Origin: Candidatus Pacearchaeota archaeon | GTDB taxonomy: Archaea; Nanobdellota; Nanobdellia; Pacearchaeales; GW2011-AR1 | Assembly: GCA_016204145.1 (NCBI GenBank) | Contig: JACQLK010000010.1 | Location: 1-54,866 of the forward strand | Direction of reading: 5' to 3' | Length of the DNA stretch: 54,866 nt | Shown: positions 45,792 to 54,866 of the stretch, piece by piece | Position numbering within the stretch: position 1 is the stretch's first letter | Layout: each line of letters starts with the position of its first letter | Notes under the pieces: model-generated | What the model was told of the DNA's origin: nothing | Database searches by the model: none | What the model saw: the letters and a program-made list of their open reading frames with translations, nothing else | Position numbers and translations under genes: made by a program

Positions 45792-48700
45792 ATGCAAAAC
45801 ATTATTAGAAAAAAAGTCGACGAAATAAAATTCGCTTTGCTCAGTCCGGAACAGATTAAAAAAATCTCGTGCGCGAAAATCGTGACGCCGGAATTGTACG
45901 ACATTGACGGATATCCTGTCGACGGCGGTTTGATGGATTTGCGTCTTGGAGCGATAGACCCCGGAGTAAGATGCAGAACCTGCGGAGGGCGTTTGAAAGA
46001 ATGTCTTGGTCACCCGGGAAGAATAGAACTTGCAAGGGCGATTTTCCATTTGAAATACATTCCGATAATTGAAACCGGTTTGAGATGCTTTTGCCACGAA
46101 TGCGGAAAGCTTCTTCTCTCTGACGCGGACTTGAAAAAATATTCCGCAAGCGAAAGGGCGAAAAAAGCGAAAGACGCGAAAAGATGCCCCCATTGCAACG
46201 CCGCCCACGAGAAAGTCAAGCTGGAAAAGCCGACAAGTTTTTATATAGGAAAAAAACGCCTTTTCCCGACGGCAGTCAGAGAAATTCTTGTTAACATAAA
46301 AGACGAGGAATTGAAAAAAATAGGAATCGATCCGGAGAGCTGCAGACCCGAGTGGGCTGTTTTGACGTTCCTTCTCGTTCCTTCCGTGACAATAAGACCG
46401 AGCATAATTCTCGAATCCGGAGAGAGAAGTGAAGATGATTTGACTCACAAACTCTCGGACATAATAAGGGCAAACCAGCGACTCTGGGAAAATTTGAACG
46501 CTGGAGCGCCTGAAGTTATCATCGAGGATTTGTGGGATTTGCTTCAATTTCATATAACCACTTTTTTCGACAACAGCGTCTCCAAAATTCCTCCCGCAAG
46601 ACATCGAAGCGGACAGCCGCTGAAAACAATAACCGAAAGGATAAAGGGGAAAGAGGGAAGAATAAGAAAAAACCTCGCCGGAAAAAGAGTCAACTATTCC
46701 GGAAGAACCGTAATCTCGCCGGATCCTTCAATGGAATTGAACGAAGTCGGAATTCCATTTGAAATCGCGAAAATCGTCACCGTCGCGGAAACAGTCAACG
46801 ATTCAAACATGGATTATTTGAAAAAGTTGATTGAAAACGGCGAAAAATATCCGGGCGCGAATTATGTCATTCGCCCCGACGGAAAAAAGAAGAAAATAAC
46901 TCCGGAATTGAAAGAGGAAATAATGAATGAAATCTCTCCGGAATACAAAGTTGAAAGGCACTTGCAAAACGGCGACATTGTCTTGTTCAACAGACATCCT
47001 TCGCTGCACAAAATGAGCTTGATGGCGCATGTCGTAAAAATCCTTCCGGGAAGAACTTTCCGTTTGCATCCCGGAACCGCATTCCCTTACAACGCGGACT
47101 TCGACGGGGATGAGATGAACATACACTCTCCGCAAACCGAAGAGGCGAGGGCCGAGGCGAAAATACTTCTCGATGTGAAAAAAAATTTAATGTCTCCGAA
47201 AAACAACACGAACTTTCTCGGCTGTTCGCAGGACGCGATAACTGGAAATTATCTTCTCGGAACTTCCGAATTTTCCGCGGATTACGCAAATCAACTTCTT
47301 TACAAAACGGGAATAATAAAGCCGGTCTCAAAGAAAAACATTTCCGGATTTGAGTTGTTCTCAAACATTCTTCCGAAAATAAATTTCTCAAACGGTTCCG
47401 TGAAAATACAGGACGGGGAAATTTTAAAGGGAAAAATAGACAAGACGCTGTTCGGGCAGGAAGACGGCGAATTGATAAGGGAATTGGACAAAGAAATCGG
47501 AAGGGACGAAACGGTGAAGACGATAAAGCGCGCGTTCGACTTGGGAATAAATTACCTGACAGACAGGGGAATAACAATTTCCCTGGAGGATTTGAATTTG
47601 AGCAGGAATCCGATTGCGCAGGGCGAAGAAATAATAAAAAAAGCCGAGAAGAGAACGGAAGAACTTATTGAGCTGTACAACAAGGAGGACTTTGAAATAA
47701 TTCCCGGAAAAACAAAAGAAGACACGAGGGAAATAAAGATCCTGCAGGTGTTGAACGAAGTAAGAACAAAAGTCGGGGAAATCGTAAAGCAGGAATTTCC
47801 TTCGGATAATCCGGTGAATCACATGATAATTTCAGGAGGCGGAGGAAACATTCTCAACATCACTCAGATTGCGTGTTGCGTCGGACAACAGGCGTTGTGG
47901 GGAAAAAGAATTGAAATAGGGTACAATCACAGAACGCTTTCATTTTTCAGAAAAGGGGAATTGTCTCCGGCGTCGAGAGGATTCATAAAAAGCTCTTTCA
48001 TGCGCGGTCTCAGACCCGATGAATTTTTCTTCGGCGCCATCACGGGAAGGGATTCCCTTATGGATACCGCTCTTAGAACTCCGAAATCCGGATATTTATA
48101 TCGGCGTTTGGCAAGCGCGCTTCAGGATTTGAAAGTTGAATACGACGGAACGGTGAGGGACAGCAACAATAGTATCATACAATACAAATACGGCTCCGAC
48201 GGCATTGACGTTTCAAAATTGCACTTGAACGGAAAAATAGAGTCAGGAGAAGCGATAGGAATCGTCACCGCGCAGTCGTTCGGAGAGCCGTCGACGCAGA
48301 TGGCGCTGAACGTTTTCCACTTTGCCGGCGTTCAGGAAATGCAGATTACCGCGGGTCTTCCTCGATTGATTGAAATTTTCGACGCAAGAAAAAAACCCTC
48401 GTCTCCGAAAATGGAAATATATTTGTCAAGGGACTATAACAATGAAAAAGAAGCGAGGGCGTTCGCGGAAAAAGTCAAGGAAGTGAAAGTCGCGGAAATC
48501 GCGTCCGAGATAAATGTAAATTTCAACGACAAAAACATTGATATAAAAATCGACAAAGAAAAGTTGAGGCATGCGCATATCGGAATAAAGACGGTTGTCG
48601 AGCGCTTGAACGAAGCGGGATACAAATCAAGGGAAAAAAGCGAATCGGTTGCGATAAGCGCTCCCGAATTGGGATTCAAAGAATTGTACAAATTGAAAGA

Positions 48701-49280
48701 AAAAATAAAAAAAGAAATAATCTCCGGAGTGAAGGGAATAAGCCAGGTCCTGATTGTAAAAAGGGACAAGGATTACGTCGTCACGACTCTCGGAACAAAC
48801 ATGAAAAAAATAATAACTTTAAAAGAAGTTGAAAAAAACAAAACAATTTCAAACGACTTCCATGAAATCGCCGGAATTTTCGGAATCGAAGCCGGAAGGC
48901 AATTGGTAATAGATGAAATCAATCGCGTTTTAAGCACGCAGGGGCTTGACATAAACATAAGGCATCTCGAGCTTGTCGCCGACGCAATGACAAACACCGG
49001 AGATGTGAAGGGAATAACAAGAATGGGAATCATCGCGCAAAAATCCTCGATACTTGCAAAAGCGACATTTGAAACGCCCGTGAAGCAATTTGTGAACGCG
49101 TCTGTAAAGGGAAGCAAGGACAAATTAACGAGCGTCGTCGAGAATATAATTCTAAACCAACCGGTTCCCGTCGGGACAGGGCTTCCGGGATTGCTTGTTA
49201 AAGTTGTCGGTCCGATGTCAAAGAAAGACAAGGACATGAAAACCGCGAAGAAAGAAATTGTGGAAAAAGTGAATGAATAA
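45792..49280 (+). CDS. rpoA: RNA polymerase largest subunit, A' and A'' fused in one ORF (Rpo1)
   Basis: A' motifs (zinc sites CRTCGG.. and CHECG, plus the catalytic YNADFDGDEMN) and A'' motifs (trigger loop GEAIGIVTAQSFGEPSTQMALNVFHFAGV) lie in a single uninterrupted 1162-aa frame. Confidence 0.95.
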   Translation: MQNIIRKKVDEIKFALLSPEQIKKISCAKIVTPELYDIDGYPVDGGLMDLRLGAIDPGVRCRTCGGRLKECLGHPGRIELARAIFHLKYIPIIETGLRCFCHECGKLLLSDADLKKYSASERAKKAKDAKRCPHCNAAHEKVKLEKPTSFYIGKKRLFPTAVREILVNIKDEELKKIGIDPESCRPEWAVLTFLLVPSVTIRPSIILESGERSEDDLTHKLSDIIRANQRLWENLNAGAPEVIIEDLWDLLQFHITTFFDNSVSKIPPARHRSGQPLKTITERIKGKEGRIRKNLAGKRVNYSGRTVISPDPSMELNEVGIPFEIAKIVTVAETVNDSNMDYLKKLIENGEKYPGANYVIRPDGKKKKITPELKEEIMNEISPEYKVERHLQNGDIVLFNRHPSLHKMSLMAHVVKILPGRTFRLHPGTAFPYNADFDGDEMNIHSPQTEEARAEAKILLDVKKNLMSPKNNTNFLGCSQDAITGNYLLGTSEFSADYANQLLYKTGIIKPVSKKNISGFELFSNILPKINFSNGSVKIQDGEILKGKIDKTLFGQEDGELIRELDKEIGRDETVKTIKRAFDLGINYLTDRGITISLEDLNLSRNPIAQGEEIIKKAEKRTEELIELYNKEDFEIIPGKTKEDTREIKILQVLNEVRTKVGEIVKQEFPSDNPVNHMIISGGGGNILNITQIACCVGQQALWGKRIEIGYNHRTLSFFRKGELSPASRGFIKSSFMRGLRPDEFFFGAITGRDSLMDTALRTPKSGYLYRRLASALQDLKVEYDGTVRDSNNSIIQYKYGSDGIDVSKLHLNGKIESGEAIGIVTAQSFGEPSTQMALNVFHFAGVQEMQITAGLPRLIEIFDARKKPSSPKMEIYLSRDYNNEKEARAFAEKVKEVKVAEIASEINVNFNDKNIDIKIDKEKLRHAHIGIKTVVERLNEAGYKSREKSESVAISAPELGFKELYKLKEKIKKEIISGVKGISQVLIVKRDKDYVVTTLGTNMKKIITLKEVEKNKTISNDFHEIAGIFGIEAGRQLVIDEINRVLSTQGLDINIRHLELVADAMTNTGDVKGITRMGIIAQKSSILAKATFETPVKQFVNASVKGSKDKLTSVVENIILNQPVPVGTGLPGLLVKVVGPMSKKDKDMKTAKKEIVEKVNE

Positions 49281-49395
49281 ATATTTGCAAGTTCCAATAA
49301 TAAAAAGAGAAAAACAAATAGTTTTATAAATTTTCTTTTTCACGAACTTGTGAGGGAAACATGAAAATTTATTTTTTAAATTTTCTTTTTACTGA

Positions 49396-49839
49396 ATGTA
49401 TGGGGGAAACAAATTTACAAGAATGATTAACACGATAAACATGCAGGACATGAGATATTTGAATCTCTTCGGAAAAATAACCCAAGTGAACACGAGGCAC
49501 TGTTTCAAATACAACGAATTCATATTTTTCTCGGTTCCGAAAGAGTTTGTTTCAAAAGCGATAGGCGAAAACGGAAAAAATGTGAGAAAAATGAGCGAGA
49601 TACTCGGCAGAAAAATTCGCGTTATTTCGGCGCCGGAAAGCGTTCTCGGCGCGAGAAAATTCGTCGCTGAAATAATAAGCCCCGTGACATTCAAGGATTT
49701 TGAAATAAAAGGCAACGAAATAACAATCACGGCGGGAATGCAAAGCAAAGCCGCGCTTCTTGGAAGAAACAAAAGGCGGCTTTATGAGATGCAGAAAATC
49801 GCAAGCGATTTTTTCGGGAAGGAATTGAGGATTATTTGA
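49396..49839 (+). CDS. nusA: Archaeal NusA-like protein (two KH domains)
   Basis: MRYLNLFGKIT...VSKAIGENGKNVRKMSEILGRKIRVI...KAALLGRNKRRL. The start is uncertain (49396 or 49423). Confidence 0.8.
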   Translation: MYGGNKFTRMINTINMQDMRYLNLFGKITQVNTRHCFKYNEFIFFSVPKEFVSKAIGENGKNVRKMSEILGRKIRVISAPESVLGARKFVAEIISPVTFKDFEIKGNEITITAGMQSKAALLGRNKRRLYEMQKIASDFFGKELRII

Positions 49840-50201
49840 ATATAAGGATTTAGCTCGATTATCCTAAATCAGATAAAATATCCCCGTTAATTCTCGGTTG
49901 AATGAAAATATTAATGTAGTGAACAATCATATAGCATCAGAAAAAAATGAAAAAGTTGAACAGACGGAACGGTTCCGCGATGATTTTTTGAAAAATATTA
50001 ACATGCAATCCAAACTTAAACATTATCGGTATTGTTTTTTAGATTAACCTTTTTCTATTGGCGCGAGTGGCAGGGGATTTTTTGGAATGGCGCGATAAAT
50101 TTTTTGGATTAAACTTTTCTTTAAAGAAGAAACTTGACGTAATCGGTTTCTGAGTCATTAATAAGCGAAATAACGGTTACGAATTTTAATTGTAAATTTC
50201 A

Positions 50202-51332
50202 TTATCCCTCCTCCGGCTCATCCTTGTAATCCAAATAATCTTTCGGATTTTCTTCTGAGTTGTTCTGATTGCCTGAATCATTATCCGGATTGTTTGAAAA
50301 ATCGCTTTGATTTCCGGAATAACTGTTTTGACCGTTTGAAGAATTATTCTGCGCGTTGAAATAATCTCCTTGAGGATTCATTTCCGCTTCTTTTCTTTCT
50401 TTGTATATTCTGCTGATGAGAAGCGCCACGATAAGAATTATATTTATTAAAATTGCAATGAGAAGATAATATATTAAATTTGAAAGGGAAATTTTCTTCG
50501 GAGGAAGAACTTCGAAATGCGCGCTCGACGTCGCGACGCCGTTGGAATAAATAACTTCTACTCCGACAATGTATTTTCCGGAAGGAAGAATTCCGGTGTC
50601 AAAGTCCCTATTGAAATCAATTTGCTTGTCGACAAGAAGCGTCTCGCTTTTCGTCAGATAAATCTTGTTGTTGTAATCCTTTATCACATAATTCAACGTG
50701 ACATCCAAGCGCGAACTTTCGCCTAACGGAATAAGGGTTATCTGCGTCTTCAACGTTTCCCCCTGACTGACAAGATAATCCGGATTAAGAACAATTATAT
50801 TGGAATCAAACAATAAAAGTTTTGTTCTTATGCTTATGGAAACCGGAATTTCCTTGCTGCCGACAAAGATTTTTCCGGTGAAAATTCCGGTTTGATTCAA
50901 GGCGACAAAAATAACATTAAAGGTTTTTGTTTCAAGCGGCTCCAATGAAAGATTTGTGCTCCCGAGAATTATAAAATTGTCGAGTCCGGTCTGCCTTATG
51001 CTCAAGCGGGTTTGCGCGTTTCTCAAATTCTTTACCGTCACGGCTTTTTGCGCGTTTGTGTTTACCGCAAGCTCTATGTCGAATTCAGACGGAGAAACCT
51101 CGTAATTTTTAACAACAACCGCACCGCCTCCCGAAGCTCCTCCACCGGAAGGGGTTGTTGTGGTTGTTTCGGGAATGTCTCCGAAGAGCGTTCCCTCTGA
51201 AAACGGTCCAGGATTTAAAGCGCCTCCCGCGGAAGCGTCTAAGGAGATAGTATCATATCCCGTCAAAGAAAAAAACCCGAAGAAATCTACTGTTGCAACT
51301 GTTAATATCAAAAAAATATAGACCCACTTCAT
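50202..51332 (-). CDS. Type I membrane / surface protein with a Thr/Gly linker, beta-rich ectodomain and N/S/Q-rich cytoplasmic tail
   Basis: N-terminal signal/TM segment, TTTTPSGGGASGGG linker, C-terminal TM (LIYYLLIAILINIILIVALLI), and a low-complexity tail. Confidence 0.6.
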   Translation of the reverse strand: MKWVYIFLILTVATVDFFGFFSLTGYDTISLDASAGGALNPGPFSEGTLFGDIPETTTTTPSGGGASGGGAVVVKNYEVSPSEFDIELAVNTNAQKAVTVKNLRNAQTRLSIRQTGLDNFIILGSTNLSLEPLETKTFNVIFVALNQTGIFTGKIFVGSKEIPVSISIRTKLLLFDSNIIVLNPDYLVSQGETLKTQITLIPLGESSRLDVTLNYVIKDYNNKIYLTKSETLLVDKQIDFNRDFDTGILPSGKYIVGVEVIYSNGVATSSAHFEVLPPKKISLSNLIYYLLIAILINIILIVALLISRIYKERKEAEMNPQGDYFNAQNNSSNGQNSYSGNQSDFSNNPDNDSGNQNNSEENPKDYLDYKDEPEEG

Positions 51333-51463
51333 CCGTTAACATAAAATCGCAACTCTTTAAAGTTTTGTGGGATTTAAAGAAATATTTATAAATCATTTTC
51401 AGCATCCCTTTTCATGGTCAAAATTAAAATAAATTTTGTCGATGTATTTTCAGGAGGAAATCC

Positions 51464-51886
51464 ATGGGATTAAAAAATGCCTTGAAATTCAGGAAAGACA
51501 GGAAGAAATTCAGATGGAAAGATCACAAATACAAGGCGAAGACGTTGGATTTGTACGCGAAGGCGGATCCTCTCGAGGGAAAAAATCAGGCAAAGGGAAT
51601 TGTGCTGCAAAAAGTTCAGAAAGAGGCGAAACAGCCGAACTCGGCGATGAGAAAATGCTGCAAAGTCCAGCTGACAAAAAACGGCAAAACCGTGACTGCG
51701 TTCATTCCGGGAAATCTCGCGCAAAGATTCATCGACGAGCATGATGAGGTCATGATTGAAAGAATCGGCGGAAAGCAAGGGCGTTCAAAGGGCGACATCC
51801 CAGGCGTAAGATTCAAAGTGATAAAAGTAAACGACCAACCGCTGCACTTGTTGTGGCAGGGCAAAATAGAAAAGGGTAGAAGATGA
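51464..51886 (+). CDS. rps12: Ribosomal protein uS12
   Basis: [28 protein letters not shown]...[13 protein letters not shown]. Confidence 0.95.
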   Translation: MGLKNALKFRKDRKKFRWKDHKYKAKTLDLYAKADPLEGKNQAKGIVLQKVQKEAKQPNSAMRKCCKVQLTKNGKTVTAFIPGNLAQRFIDEHDEVMIERIGGKQGRSKGDIPGVRFKVIKVNDQPLHLLWQGKIEKGRR

Positions 51887-52194
51887 CCGATTACAGAGTA
51901 TTCAGAGTGATAGATGGAAATTCTGAAAGAATCGCGGGAAGGGGATATCATCAAGCGTCAGCCCAAAGAATCAGAGAAGAAGCGCGCCTCTCTCCCGAAG
52001 AATATTTTGAAGTTGCCAGAAAAATAAGAAATCTTCCGATTCACACATCGTATCAGGACAAAAATGGGCTGCATTATTTTTTGAGAGACGGCGGACGATT
52101 TATTACCAATCCCGAACAAGGAACGGTTATCGGATTAAATGTTGACGAAAGAATATTTAGGTTTTTGTTAAAAATAAAATCCCAAAAAAATTAA
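51883..52194 (+). CDS. 103-aa orphan ORF embedded between rps12 and rps7
   Basis: ATGA overlap with the rps12 stop. Its stop lies 1 nt before the rps7 ATG. No motif recognised. Confidence 0.5.
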   Translation: MTDYRVFRVIDGNSERIAGRGYHQASAQRIREEARLSPEEYFEVARKIRNLPIHTSYQDKNGLHYFLRDGGRFITNPEQGTVIGLNVDERIFRFLLKIKSQKN

Positions 52195-52195
52195 A

Positions 52196-52810
52196 ATGTC
52201 AGAGCAAAAAACGCTTCCGAAATTTAAAATATTCGACTTGTATGATTTGTCGGAGGTAAGCGTTGAAGACCCCGGCTTGAAATCCGTTATAAACCTCGAG
52301 CCGAAACTTGTCCTGAAAAGCTACGGAAGAAACGTCCAAAAAATGGGGCAGACAAAAGTCAACGTCGTCGAGCGATTGATGAACAAGCTCGCCGTTGCAG
52401 GACACAGGGGAAGAAAGCATAAACTTGAAATAGGCGAAGTCACGGGAAAATACACGAAGAACATGAACATAATTCTCAAAGCGTTGAAAATCGTCGCGGA
52501 AAAAACAGGAAAAAATCCCGTGCAGGTGCTGATAAAAGCGATTGAAAATTCCGCGCCAAGAGATGAAGTCACTGTAATTGAATACGGCGGTGCCAGATAT
52601 CCTCAGGCGGTTGACGTCGCGCCGTTGAGAAGAGTTAATCTCGCATTGAAGCACATTATTCACGGCGCGTCGGACAAGGCGTTCGGAAAGAAAAAAAATA
52701 TAGTCCAAGCGCTCGCGGAAGAAATAATTCTCGCGCATGAAAACAACGGCGACAGTTTCGCCGTGAGAAAAAGAAACGAAGCGGAGAAACAAGCGGACAG
52801 CGCGAGATAA
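52196..52810 (+). CDS. rps7: Ribosomal protein uS7
   Basis: KLMNKLAVAGHRG...ARYPQAVDVAPLRRVNLALKHI...KRNEAEKQADSAR. Confidence 0.95.
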   Translation: MSEQKTLPKFKIFDLYDLSEVSVEDPGLKSVINLEPKLVLKSYGRNVQKMGQTKVNVVERLMNKLAVAGHRGRKHKLEIGEVTGKYTKNMNIILKALKIVAEKTGKNPVQVLIKAIENSAPRDEVTVIEYGGARYPQAVDVAPLRRVNLALKHIIHGASDKAFGKKKNIVQALAEEIILAHENNGDSFAVRKRNEAEKQADSAR

Positions 52811-52962
52811 TATTTTGTTAAAAACAATTAAATGATGTTAACATAAAACCGCGGATTCATAGTTATTATTTTTTTAATGTGAGCGAAGCGAACCGGATTG
52901 TTAGTGGTTAATTAAACGCGTTAATCAACAAAATTTATAATCTCTTTCTCATTGCTCCTTGA

Positions 52963-54711
52963 ATGAAAAAAGCGGTTGCTGAAATTCTGGAAAAAGCGCT
53001 GAAAAAAATAAGCGCGAATTTGAGCGAAGAAGAAATTGAAAAATTGGTTGAAATTCCGCCTTCCTCTGAAATGGGCGACTTCGCCTTTCCGTGCTTTCCT
53101 CTTGCGGCAATCCTGAAAAAAAATCCGGCTCAAATCGCGATTGAAATAAAAAAGCAAATTCGCGTTGAAAAAGAATTTGAAAAAATCGTTGTTTCCGGAC
53201 CTTATGTGAATTTTTTTGTCGACAAATTGAATTTCTCGGAAAAAACAATTGAAGAAATACTCAAAAAGAAAAACGCCTTCGGCAAATTTTCTCTGGCAAA
53301 AAAAGAAAAAATCCTGGTTGAATTCTCCCAGCCGAACACGCACAAGGCGTTTCATGTCGGGCACATAAGGGGAACGTCTCTCGGCGAAAGCATATCAAGA
53401 ATTTTGGAATTCTGCGGACAAAAAGTCATAAGGGCGAATTATTCCGGAGACACGGGAATGCACGTTGCGAAATGGCTTTGGTGCTACAAAAAATATCATT
53501 CAAGGGAAAAACTTTCCGACAATGAGGAATGGATTGCCTCCATTTATGTCGATGCTGTAAGACGACTTGAAGAAAAACCGTTGCTTCATGCGGAAGTTGA
53601 TGAAATAAACCTAAAACTGGAAAGCAAGAAAGACAAAAAACTCTACGAATTGTGGAAAAAAACAAGAAGGCATTCCGTAAACTCGTGGAAAAAAATTTAC
53701 AAAGAATTGAATGCAAAATTTGACAAATATTTTTTTGAAAGCGGGGTTGAAAAAAGAGGAAAGCAAATATCTCTTGAACTTTTGAAAAAAGGAATCGCCG
53801 AGAAAAGCGACGGGGCGGTGATAATGGATTTGAAAAAATATAATCTCGGCGTCTGGGTTTTGCTGAGAAGCGACGGCACTGTTCTTTATTCGGCAAAGGA
53901 TTTGGCGTTGGCCGGGGAAAAAATGAAAAAATATCGCGCAGATAAAAATATTTCATTGCACGGTTCCGAGCAAAACCTGCATTTCCGGCAATTGTTCAAA
54001 ACGCTGGAGATTATGGGAATTGAAAAGGAAAAATTCAGCGACATCGCCTTTGACATGGTCCGCCTTCCAAGCGGAAAAATGTCGTCGCGAACCGGAGAAA
54101 ATATCTTGTATTCCGATTTCATGAAAGAAATCGCCGAACATGCCAAGATGGAAATAAAAAAACGACAAAGGAATTCGTTGACATTTTCTTCGCAATCTGA
54201 GAAAATGGGGCGGAAAATTTCCCAAAAAGAACTTGATTCAAGAGCATTGAAAATTTCAATCGCCGCGATAAAATATTCAATGCTTAAGCAAAGCGCCAAC
54301 AAAGTTATTGTATTTGACAAGAAAGAGGCGCTGAATTTCGAGGGAGACACGGGACCGTATTTGCTTTACAGTTATGCAAGGGCGAAATCGATAATAAAAA
54401 AATCAAAATCCTTCTCAAAGAATTCCGGGAAACCGGAAAAAATAAAAATCATTGATGAAAAAGAAATCGAACTCGCAAAGAAATTTTCGCAATTTCCGGA
54501 AATTGTGAAAAATTCATTTGAAAATCTCAATCCCGCAATGATTGCAAATTATTCTTATCAACTTTCGCAAACGTTCAACGAATTTTATCACTCGTGTCCT
54601 GTGCTCGGCTCTGAAAAACAAAATTTCAGAATCGCTCTTGTAAAATCATTTGTTCAAGTGATGGAAAATTCCTTCGGCATGCTCGGGATAGTTGCGCTCG
54701 AAGAGATGTGA
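52963..54711 (+). CDS. argS: Arginine-tRNA ligase
   Basis: The FSQPNTHKAFHVGHIRGT (HIGH-type) motif, GKMSSRTG (KMSKS-like), the anticodon-binding C-terminus, and the typical terminal Met. Confidence 0.9.
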   Translation: MKKAVAEILEKALKKISANLSEEEIEKLVEIPPSSEMGDFAFPCFPLAAILKKNPAQIAIEIKKQIRVEKEFEKIVVSGPYVNFFVDKLNFSEKTIEEILKKKNAFGKFSLAKKEKILVEFSQPNTHKAFHVGHIRGTSLGESISRILEFCGQKVIRANYSGDTGMHVAKWLWCYKKYHSREKLSDNEEWIASIYVDAVRRLEEKPLLHAEVDEINLKLESKKDKKLYELWKKTRRHSVNSWKKIYKELNAKFDKYFFESGVEKRGKQISLELLKKGIAEKSDGAVIMDLKKYNLGVWVLLRSDGTVLYSAKDLALAGEKMKKYRADKNISLHGSEQNLHFRQLFKTLEIMGIEKEKFSDIAFDMVRLPSGKMSSRTGENILYSDFMKEIAEHAKMEIKKRQRNSLTFSSQSEKMGRKISQKELDSRALKISIAAIKYSMLKQSANKVIVFDKKEALNFEGDTGPYLLYSYARAKSIIKKSKSFSKNSGKPEKIKIIDEKEIELAKKFSQFPEIVKNSFENLNPAMIANYSYQLSQTFNEFYHSCPVLGSEKQNFRIALVKSFVQVMENSFGMLGIVALEEM

Positions 54712-54866
54712 TGCGATTTTGTAAATAAATTGCGCTTCGCAATATTAATGGCTCAAAATTAACTCGTGCCACGACTTTGTTATTAATAATTAAATTTGTC
54801 AAAGTCAAAACACTCGGTTTTGCTCGATTTCTTGCTGATGAAATTTTTAATGCAATAAAAATTACC

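Noticed and set aside
42836-49297. Many antisense or off-frame ORFs inside rpoB and rpoA, with similar ones inside the ABC exporter, pepN, nrdJ, lhr and argS
   Set aside because: They lie wholly within strongly supported long genes and have low-complexity or Cys/Arg/Ser-rich composition typical of shadow frames in AT-rich DNA.

Overview
AT-rich archaeal chromosome fragment. The archaeal assignment rests on RNA polymerase subunits H, B, A and E', Spt4, ribosomal proteins eS24, eS31(S27ae), uS12 and uS7, and a KH-type NusA. The compact gene packing and many small orphan proteins suggest a reduced-genome DPANN-like lineage, but that is inference only.

The most notable feature is a very compact type V CRISPR-Cas locus at the left edge (about 63-4578). 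It consists of a degenerate Cas4, a 639-aa TnpB-like RuvC effector of the Cas12f/Cas14 type, and a 378-nt spacer region. That region carries an 18-bp anti-repeat (candidate tracrRNA) and is followed by a 23-repeat array of 37-nt repeats. cas1 and cas2, if present, would lie beyond the left edge.

The rest of the window is mostly housekeeping:
- An nrdR-nrdJ-dcd-dut-trx nucleotide cluster with tandem NrdR boxes.
- An rpoH-rpoB-rpoA-nusA / rps12-rps7 block.
- An rpoE'-spt4-rps24e-rps27ae block.
- argS, pepN, purM, an ABC exporter and scpA.

The transcription/translation block has several oddities. rpoA is one fused A'+A'' ORF. Small orphan ORFs are wedged between rpoB and rpoA and between rps12 and rps7. 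No L30e gene is present. A reverse-strand surface protein splits nusA from rps12.

Accessory content:
- Two paralogous RelE-like toxin-antitoxin pairs, one next to a tRNA-Lys with duplicated tRNA 3' fragments.
- A DUF4258/DUF2283 pair.
- An Lhr-type helicase tightly coupled to a TIR-like/deoxyribosyltransferase-like protein.
- A tandem gene duplication that keeps a perfect palindrome.
- A P-loop kinase gene broken by two compensating homopolymer frameshifts.
- An intron-containing tRNA-Trp.

All family assignments come from motif recognition by eye in the supplied translations. No database search was run.
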